Shown here: piece by piece, positions 30,090-36,737 of the stretch | Layout: the number at the start of each line of letters is the position of its first letter | Position numbering within the stretch: position 1 is the stretch's first letter | IMG/VR virus record: IMGVR_UViG_3300025425_000002 | From: a virus | Strand: one strand, 5' to 3' | DNA length: 64,000 bases | Position numbers and translations under genes: made by a program | Notes under the pieces: model-generated | Database searches by the model: none | What the model was told of the DNA's origin: nothing | The model's input: only the letters and a program-made list of their open reading frames with translations

Positions 30090-30380
30090 TTAAAGACCCC
30101 TCAACATCCATTCGTTATAATCATTACCAAATCTATTTATACCAACTCTAATGATGTTATCAAATGAAACCAACCATTGAGACCAAACATCAAAATTCAT
30201 AACTAAAGCTTCGTTTGTTTCAGGGTAAATCTTTTCTACTCTACCACAGTTAATTTGTAGATTTGATGATTTTACCCATACAATGCTACCCTCTTTGATA
30301 ACATCAGAAACACTACGCATAACAGCACCTATATTCAATTGCTGGGCTTCTGCTTCATTCAAGTTTTGTTTTTCTAACAT
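30090..30380 (-). CDS. hypothetical protein (96 aa) with shared NLNE..QLNIGAV N-terminus
   Basis: ATG start. The first ~20 codons and the upstream region are duplicated at 30851..31171. Confidence 0.6.
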   Translation of the reverse strand: MLEKQNLNEAEAQQLNIGAVMRSVSDVIKEGSIVWVKSSNLQINCGRVEKIYPETNEALVMNFDVWSQWLVSFDNIIRVGINRFGNDYNEWMLRGL

Positions 30381-30415
30381 AATTCTGTTTTTATTTAAAG
30401 TTTAGTAATTCTAAT

Positions 30416-30434
30416 TCCGCAACTAAATATAGCT
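30416..30434 (-). promoter_or_regulatory. conserved 19-nt upstream element AGCTATATTTAGTTGCGGA (copy 1), possible promoter
   Basis: An identical 19-mer lies at 31220-31238. It contains TATATTTA, one mismatch from the Bacteroidota -7 box TAnnTTTG, and sits about 35 nt upstream of the ATG. Confidence 0.4.
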
Positions 30435-30472
30435 TCAAAACGTTAGCAGTAATACTACATTCCATCTCCGAA

Positions 30473-30772
30473 TTAAAGTATCAAATCCATATCTGGTGAA
30501 TTACATTTAAGGGCTTCTTCAACATGCTCAAAATTAATCATATCCCTAAATGGATTGTCATCAGTATATTTTATTTCAGCATCGACTATTTGTAATTGCT
30601 GGACATGAATAATATGCACAAGCAATCTAATAGCATCGTTTTTATCCATTTTATCTAATTGTAATATTGCTTGATGCTTGTGTTCGCAATACATAGGGTC
30701 ATCGCCTTGAACCCCTACATGATTAATACCCATAACCATCTTTGCTATTTTCTGTAATTCTTGTTTTTCCAT
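30473..30772 (-). CDS. hypothetical protein (99 aa)
   Basis: ATG start in the minus-strand array. Confidence 0.55.
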   Translation of the reverse strand: MEKQELQKIAKMVMGINHVGVQGDDPMYCEHKHQAILQLDKMDKNDAIRLLVHIIHVQQLQIVDAEIKYTDDNPFRDMINFEHVEEALKCNSPDMDLIL

Positions 30773-30850
30773 TTTGTTATAAAATTAAATTTAGTGCTGA
30801 TAATCCACCCAGCAGGTAACAGCGTATAAAAGATATGGCTAAGCGATTAG

Positions 30851-31171
30851 TTAGCGGCAATAGAACATAAATCCTGTCTGAACTTTATTACCGCCTTCCA
30901 AACCTATTATTTCTCCTTCGATGCTATCCGGGTTGTGAACTGTTTTTAATGGTTGTGTTGCAATCATTGGTTCACTCTTAACTTCAATTCCGTGTGCTTT
31001 TAATCGTTCGGTTATATCTTTAGGGTCTTTACAACCTGCAACACCAACTTTGCCGCCTAAATTAAGTTCGGATATCATTGATAAAATCATAGTATTAGTT
31101 TTCCCTAATAATCTACCGCCACTAACGGCACCTATATTCAATTGCGGGTTTTGTGGTTCATTCAAGTTCAT
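30851..31171 (-). CDS. hypothetical protein (106 aa) with shared NLNE..QLNIGAV N-terminus
   Basis: MNLNEPQNPQLNIGAV matches ..QNLNEAEAQQLNIGAV of 30090..30380. The stop lies inside copy 3 of the 21-nt element. Confidence 0.6.
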   Translation of the reverse strand: MNLNEPQNPQLNIGAVSGGRLLGKTNTMILSMISELNLGGKVGVAGCKDPKDITERLKAHGIEVKSEPMIATQPLKTVHNPDSIEGEIIGLEGGNKVQTGFMFYCR

Positions 31172-31219
31172 AGTTTCTAATTTAATTTTGTGAATAATTC
31201 AAGTTTTGTGCTTCGTAAG

Positions 31220-31238
31220 TCCGCAACTAAATATAGCT
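31220..31238 (-). promoter_or_regulatory. conserved 19-nt upstream element (copy 2), possible promoter
   Basis: Identical to 30416-30434, about 50 nt upstream of the ATG at 31171. Confidence 0.4.
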
Positions 31239-31294
31239 GCATTCCGTTATAGGTAGTATTTCTTTTGCCATCCGATTTTTACTTCCCATGTATT

Positions 31295-31585
31295 TCATAA
31301 TAAATGCCAAAAATATTTGTCTATAAAAATAGGTATGTCAGTTTCAAAACGAATTACTTCGTGCCTTTGTCGCATCGCTATGCTATCACGCTGGAATATT
31401 TTCTGCAAAGGGCTTAAATCCTTATTGCCGTTCTTAATCTCCACGTACACTGTCACTCCGTCAGGCACCATAACAATCTGGTCTGTAGCGCCTCTATTAG
31501 AGGGAGAAACGAATTTATACGACCTGCCTCCTGCGATAGCTACTGCTTTTTTAAATTTTGCTTCTAATTTTGCTTCTGGTCCCAT
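31295..31585 (-). CDS. VRR-NUC domain nuclease
   Basis: GATDQIVMVPDGVTVYVEIKNGNKDLSPLQ fits the D..(n)..E-x-K ... Q pattern of VRR-NUC/PD-(D/E)XK proteins. Size is typical (96 aa). Confidence 0.75.
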   Translation of the reverse strand: MGPEAKLEAKFKKAVAIAGGRSYKFVSPSNRGATDQIVMVPDGVTVYVEIKNGNKDLSPLQKIFQRDSIAMRQRHEVIRFETDIPIFIDKYFWHLL

Positions 31586-31586
31586 G

Positions 31587-32228
31587 TTAGCTGTTTATCC
31601 AATCGTTCCAATCATTCTGATCATTCCGATCATCCGTTAGTACTTCCTCGGCACACCTTAGTATGTGTAAACCCATTTCTGGCACTACGCAATTACGCAA
31701 CACTTTTCGTTTATCTATGCCTGTGTAGCTGTCCAAGTCGAAGCCTAGTTTTTCAGATAGAAACTTCCTCTCTTCAGGTTTTTTGCAAGTTTCTAACTTC
31801 TCGAACTCCATAGGCTCTATGTGGAAATTACACCAAATGGCGTGCCGGTGTAGTATTGTACTCGGCTTTATCAAAGGGGCGTAGTAAGGTATTACATTCT
31901 CAATTACCCACAATCCTTTATACCACTTTTGCAATAGGATTATCTCGGCGTACAAAGTCATATCGGGGTAAACGATTACTTTATTCATTGTCCGTAACCT
32001 ACTATGTGTAGGGCAAGGAGGAGATGCCCAAATAATATCAAACTCTTTAAAGTGGTCTAGTAGGTATTGGTGGGCGTCCCCTACAATTACAGTATCGTTT
32101 GGGAAGTGCTCTTTGTATATAGCTGCTATATTAGGGTCGTACTCTACGGCTGTAATTTCGTACCCGTCACCCCATAGTTTTCTGTTACCCCCTATTCCTG
32201 CGTATAGATTCAGTATTTTCTTTTTCAT
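31587..32228 (-). CDS. compact DNA (cytosine-5) methyltransferase-like protein (213 aa)
   Basis: Motif I LYAGIGG, motif IV ASPPCPTHS, motif VI WVIENV, motif X-like RNCVVPE. Acidic/Trp tail DDRNDQNDWNDWINS. Confidence 0.7.
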   Translation of the reverse strand: MKKKILNLYAGIGGNRKLWGDGYEITAVEYDPNIAAIYKEHFPNDTVIVGDAHQYLLDHFKEFDIIWASPPCPTHSRLRTMNKVIVYPDMTLYAEIILLQKWYKGLWVIENVIPYYAPLIKPSTILHRHAIWCNFHIEPMEFEKLETCKKPEERKFLSEKLGFDLDSYTGIDKRKVLRNCVVPEMGLHILRCAEEVLTDDRNDQNDWNDWINS

Positions 32229-32233
32229 CTTCT

Positions 32234-33565
32234 TTAATTATCTACCCAATCGTTCCAATCATCCGTTAACAAATTCGTTCCACTCTTTTGCTTTTCGCCA
32301 CAAGTCCCAGAAGGCAAGTTCGGCGGTTTGTTCGACCACTGAGTTGCCAATGGCACGGTGAAGATCCTCTGTAAAGTTGTACCCATTAATTGAATACTCC
32401 ACGCTGGATTCAACCGTGCGGGGCTCTTCCCATTCGTGCTGATAAATTCCTTGACCTGCGGGAAATCGGTGTTCATAACGACAGCATTCGGTAGCTGACT
32501 GAGGTGTGGCCTTTCCTTTGAGTCGAAATGTTCCTGCGAGTTCGCCCCCTTGTAGTCTCTGGTTGCTGGTGTCGGCCAATTCTTCATCTCTCCGTACACT
32601 GCTGCATCCCTCATATTTGAGAAGCTGCTCCTGCCCGGTCTTGTTTCGTTCATCTCCTTGTCTATCGCTTTGTCCGTCTTTGGGGGCAGTTGATCCATCG
32701 TTGTTGGTGTTGGCCAATTCTTCGCTGCATTGCTCAGTCCTTGCTGTTTGCTCTTGGCACTCCTTCTGTCTGAGCAATCTGGTGTTGGCCAATTCAGTGC
32801 TTGGTGAGTCAGAGATGTATTTTTCTTCATTCCGTCTGCCGTGTAATAAGCAGTCCCTTTCCACACCCATCCTAACTCTTTTGCTCTCTCCGGTGATATC
32901 TCTCCTTGTTGTGTTGTCGCAGGGGTCGCCCAGTTCAAAACCTTGCTGTTCAAGTCTATCGTCCATCCCTTCTCCTCTTTGCGTTGGTAATTTCCCGACT
33001 CTGGTAGGTCTAGGCTCCGGAAGTCCCGGCTCTGCGGAGTTGGCCACCCTAATTGCGAGGATGAACAATCTTTCCCGCCGTTGAGGAGCGCCAATTTCTT
33101 CCGCTGAGTATATTCCTGCCTCAACGAAGTAGTCCATTTCTTCCAGTTCACGTTTAACCACGTCGAACCCGAGTGTAAGGTGACCTGCGACATTCTCAAA
33201 GAAACACCATCCGGGTTTAATAGTTCTGACGTGTTCTCGAATGAAGGGCCACAGGTGACGTGGGTCATTTTCTCCTGCTCGGTTACCAGCCAGGGAAAAT
33301 GGCTGACAAGGGTATCCGCCAATAATTCCATCAATGAGTCCTCGAAACGGTTCCGGATTGAAGGTTTTAAGATTCGTCCAGATAGGTGCTGGAGCCACCA
33401 GACCCGCTTCCATTGCAGCAAGAAGGTTTTCCACGATAAAGGCTTCGATTTCCACATAAGCACAGGCTCTAACTTCTCGAAATATTCTTTCAAGTCCTCT
33501 TTCGATTCCACGTATTCCGGGGCATAGACTGATGATAACGGGTGATTGTTTGGTAAAATCCACAT
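32234..33565 (-). other. fully overlapping +1-frame ORF (frame B, 443 codons) carrying five (N/G)W(P/A)TPxxxD repeats
   Basis: The ATG abuts the primase stop (TAAATG). The WPTP repeats vary only at frame-B third positions. Ends LTDDWNDWVDN, like the neighbouring MTase. See finding. Confidence 0.6.
32259..33563 (-). CDS. DNA (cytosine-5) methyltransferase, frame A (GTG start in track); middle third looks out of frame
   Basis: LCPGIRG (I), GGYPCQPFS (IV), FFENV (VI), QRRERLFILA (VIII), INGYNF..AIGNSVVEQ (IX/X). The central ~200 codons are R/E/Q/G-rich and featureless. Confidence 0.7.
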   Translation of the reverse strand: MDFTKQSPVIISLCPGIRGIERGLERIFREVRACAYVEIEAFIVENLLAAMEAGLVAPAPIWTNLKTFNPEPFRGLIDGIIGGYPCQPFSLAGNRAGENDPRHLWPFIREHVRTIKPGWCFFENVAGHLTLGFDVVKRELEEMDYFVEAGIYSAEEIGAPQRRERLFILAIRVANSAEPGLPEPRPTRVGKLPTQRGEGMDDRLEQQGFELGDPCDNTTRRDITGESKRVRMGVERDCLLHGRRNEEKYISDSPSTELANTRLLRQKECQEQTARTEQCSEELANTNNDGSTAPKDGQSDRQGDERNKTGQEQLLKYEGCSSVRRDEELADTSNQRLQGGELAGTFRLKGKATPQSATECCRYEHRFPAGQGIYQHEWEEPRTVESSVEYSINGYNFTEDLHRAIGNSVVEQTAELAFWDLWRKAKEWNEFVNG

Positions 33566-35914
33566 TTATATTTGTTTGTTGGTTAATTCTAATTCGTCTA
33601 TTGCATGTTCAGTACTGCCTACTCTAACATAGCTCCTTTGATTTCCATACTTCTTGTAGCTCAGTGTTCCGCATCGCTTCCACCCCTCTAAATTCAGAAG
33701 CGCATTATGGATATACTTGGTATTGTAAGCGTTCATATCTGCTAAATTGTTGTTGAACAGCTCGCACCAAACCTCTGCGGTGCAAATCTTATCTCTGCGA
33801 ACTGTTCCTTCCTGATCTCTGGTGCTGGTGTAGGACACCCGCTCATACCGGCTCATCTGCTCCCAATTCGCTGGAAGTAGCATCTCCGCAAACCCTTCAA
33901 TGAGTCCTGCACGCTCGTCCGATTCGGTGTGAAGTCGTTGTTGTTCTCCCGCCATTTCTTCTAGTGCTTTGGTTAAGTACAGTTTCTCCCCTTCTTTGTA
34001 TCTGTAAACGGCCTCTGCCCAAATTTCGTCCGCATTGATCGTTCCAGGTATGTACTTCTTAGTAACCGAAAGCGGCCAAAAACGTCTGCCCCCTGTGGGG
34101 TCTTTCATAAAAGACCATTCGTTCGTAGACCCAAAAAACACACCTTGGCGTTTAAAGTTCGTGTTGTACCTCATAAAAGGCGGACGGAAACGATCTTCGC
34201 GCTTAGATATAAAATTCTTAACCGCCTCGATATCCCCTTTTTTAATCGCTGATAACTCAGCCATCTCGATGATCCACGCTCCCTGAAGTTGAATGTATGC
34301 GTCTTTACCTGTCACGCTGTCTAAGGTGTCTGAGAACCATTCTCCGCCCAAGTCGTATAAAAGCGAACTCTTACCTTGCCCCTGCCCGCCAATAGTTACG
34401 ACCATATAGTCGAACTTGCAACCCGGTTCGTGAACTCTGGCGACTGCAGCCACAAGCGACTTTCGAGTAACGGCTCGGGTGTATTCCGAATCCGGTGCGC
34501 CAAGTTGGTCGATGAACAGCGTATCCAGTCTAGGCACGTCGTCCCAAATCAGTTTCGCTAGATATTCTTTAACCGGATGGAAGGTGTTGTCTCTACAAGC
34601 AAGCACAAAAGCATCCTTGCTCTTAGCGGTGTGATACATGTTGTAACTTTTTTCAAAGTAGTGTCTCACGCCCGATTCGTCGTCGTCTCCTACCTCTCTA
34701 ATCTTCTTATCAGAATGCCAAGGCACACCGCCTTTTGCATAAAGTCGGTAGTCGAACTCATTGGCTGAAAATCTACCTTTGAGATTCGGATCATTGCGAA
34801 GAACCAGTAAGAAGTTATCTATGGTTGGTGCGTATTCGTGTTGTTTGTTCACTTCCATCTGACCGAGCCAGTCTGTACCCCCTTCGGTAATACTATCACC
34901 TAGTTTGAAAATGCCTAGCTCCTGAATTACTTTTGGGTCTGTCCGTGCTAAGTTATTCATGGATTGGAAAGATATTTTTTGCGTACCATCCCCGTCCATC
35001 ACCCCAAACTTATGGATGCGAACTAGATCGAAAGCATTATGTATGTGACCATTGTTTGCCGGGTCCGTGGAGTGGTGGCTGTACAGAAACTTGTCCTGGT
35101 AAACAAGTGCCCCTGAACTACCTTGCCCCTCAGTATAGGTGTACCTGCCCTCTCCTGCCTCCACATACGTCTCAGGGATGAACTCTTCTATGGCTTGATG
35201 GATACTATAAACCCTGCAAAATGCGCCGATCACACCTTCTTTCTCAAGCGGGTCTTCTTGCTTTTTAAGGTCAGAGCGTATAATCTCACTCTCCGTTGGG
35301 CAAAGAGGCCATTCCGAGACGTTCTTCCAATCCCTGTATTCGGCTAAAGTATCGTCTACGCCTAGCCATTTACCTTCTTGCTCTTTAAAGTAATAATCAC
35401 CGTCCTTCGCCGTAGATGGCCAGTACATCAACCGCTCAGACTGAAAAGTAGTACGGTCGAAATATTTCATACCTACCCCATCTGCAATCTTGCGCCCTAG
35501 CGCCTCGTACTCTTCCGGTGATGCAGGTCTGTCAAGCGGCAGTACCAAGCGAAACCTTGGGGCGATCATGGAATGCTTATGGGTGGAATATACGACCGCT
35601 GCTATTGGGAAGTACATACAAAAGTCATCCCACAGTTCAGAGTATCCAAAATCTATATCTAAAGTTAATATTTGACGGTGCTTGATAAACCCTTTAGCCC
35701 TTCTGCCTTCTAAAAGATACCCGCCAACAAAACCACCAACGTCTTTAATCTCATCTTGTCTTGGCCTAGGAGAGGACATGTATGAGGCATAACTCTCCGC
35801 TGTCCGGTGAGTTTGAGACAGACGCTTTGTAATCTTAGCCCACGGCCACTGCTCGTTGTGATAGGCGGCTTGGCGATGGGGCGTTGTTGCTATGTCTAAT
35901 GGGGTTGCGTTCAT
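33566..35914 (-). CDS. DNA primase/helicase (VirE / P4-alpha type: N-terminal primase-polymerase, C-terminal P-loop NTPase)
   Basis: 782 aa. VVTIGGQGQGKSSLL Walker A in the C-terminal half. The N-terminal LTLDIDF ... STHKHS ... RFRLVLPL region is primase-like. Sits next to the polymerase, as in the DUF2800-type replication module. Confidence 0.75.
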   Translation of the reverse strand: MNATPLDIATTPHRQAAYHNEQWPWAKITKRLSQTHRTAESYASYMSSPRPRQDEIKDVGGFVGGYLLEGRRAKGFIKHRQILTLDIDFGYSELWDDFCMYFPIAAVVYSTHKHSMIAPRFRLVLPLDRPASPEEYEALGRKIADGVGMKYFDRTTFQSERLMYWPSTAKDGDYYFKEQEGKWLGVDDTLAEYRDWKNVSEWPLCPTESEIIRSDLKKQEDPLEKEGVIGAFCRVYSIHQAIEEFIPETYVEAGEGRYTYTEGQGSSGALVYQDKFLYSHHSTDPANNGHIHNAFDLVRIHKFGVMDGDGTQKISFQSMNNLARTDPKVIQELGIFKLGDSITEGGTDWLGQMEVNKQHEYAPTIDNFLLVLRNDPNLKGRFSANEFDYRLYAKGGVPWHSDKKIREVGDDDESGVRHYFEKSYNMYHTAKSKDAFVLACRDNTFHPVKEYLAKLIWDDVPRLDTLFIDQLGAPDSEYTRAVTRKSLVAAVARVHEPGCKFDYMVVTIGGQGQGKSSLLYDLGGEWFSDTLDSVTGKDAYIQLQGAWIIEMAELSAIKKGDIEAVKNFISKREDRFRPPFMRYNTNFKRQGVFFGSTNEWSFMKDPTGGRRFWPLSVTKKYIPGTINADEIWAEAVYRYKEGEKLYLTKALEEMAGEQQRLHTESDERAGLIEGFAEMLLPANWEQMSRYERVSYTSTRDQEGTVRRDKICTAEVWCELFNNNLADMNAYNTKYIHNALLNLEGWKRCGTLSYKKYGNQRSYVRVGSTEHAIDELELTNKQI

Positions 35915-36732
35915 TGGTTTAGCCCTTTAAAAATATGTGCAATTACATCTACTGTCCAGCCGTTTCCAAGCATTTTATACCGGTTTGTTTTTGCAACACA
36001 ATCGGTATATCCAATCGGTACTGTTTGTAATTTTTCACATTCAGTAGGCGTTAGCATACGGTGTGCTTCTCTGTCACCATCTAAAAAGCCTTCTCTTATA
36101 CTTACTGCTGGTCTTGAACTCCCTCTTATACCTTTCCAATATGTTGCAGTTAACGTATTGAAAATTTGTTTACGTTTAAAAACTCTATCAATACCGCAAC
36201 TTGTTGGGAACCCCTCACCATCAATATAATCTAAAACATTGTATTCCGATTGTTTCGGTTGTTCTACATTCGGTATATTAGTCCAGTACAATCTTCGCCC
36301 TGCTTGTGGTACAAATTTAGCACTTGTAATTTCAATAGGTTTTACACCCAATGCTTCTGTAATTACATCTTTCCACTCCTTCTTCATAATCACATTTTCA
36401 AGTAAAAAGTAAGTTGGTTTCACTTCGTTTAATACCCTTACAAATTCCCAAAACAATTTACTACTTACATCTTCAAAGTTTAACTGTTTCCCCGCAAAAC
36501 TAAACCCTTGACACGGAGAGCCACCAATCACCAAATCTATCTTGTGAGGGATGAACCAAGGGTCAACCTGCGTTACATCTCCGATATGGGTGATATCCGG
36601 ATAATTAGCTTTGCTTACTTGAATCGCATATTTGTCGATTTCAGAGGCGTAGTAATTGGTTACGGGAATACCAGCTCTTTCCAGAGCAATCCGCCCGCAA
36701 GACATCCCGTCGAATAGTGATAATATGTTCAT
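35911..36732 (-). CDS. DNA (cytosine-5) methyltransferase (273 aa)
   Basis: SLFDGMSCG (I), GGSPCQGFSFAG (IV), FLLENV (VI), MLGNGWTVDV (X). ATGA-coupled to the primase gene. Confidence 0.9.
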   Translation of the reverse strand: MNILSLFDGMSCGRIALERAGIPVTNYYASEIDKYAIQVSKANYPDITHIGDVTQVDPWFIPHKIDLVIGGSPCQGFSFAGKQLNFEDVSSKLFWEFVRVLNEVKPTYFLLENVIMKKEWKDVITEALGVKPIEITSAKFVPQAGRRLYWTNIPNVEQPKQSEYNVLDYIDGEGFPTSCGIDRVFKRKQIFNTLTATYWKGIRGSSRPAVSIREGFLDGDREAHRMLTPTECEKLQTVPIGYTDCVAKTNRYKMLGNGWTVDVIAHIFKGLNQ

Positions 36733-36737
36733 ATTAG

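Noticed and set aside
32506-33527. Plus-strand ORFs 32506..33084 and 33180..33527, antisense to the methyltransferase locus
   Set aside because: They are Ser/Leu/Cys/Pro-rich mirror sequence. They show that the locus is stop-poor in several frames, a composition effect I used as a caveat for the dual-frame finding.
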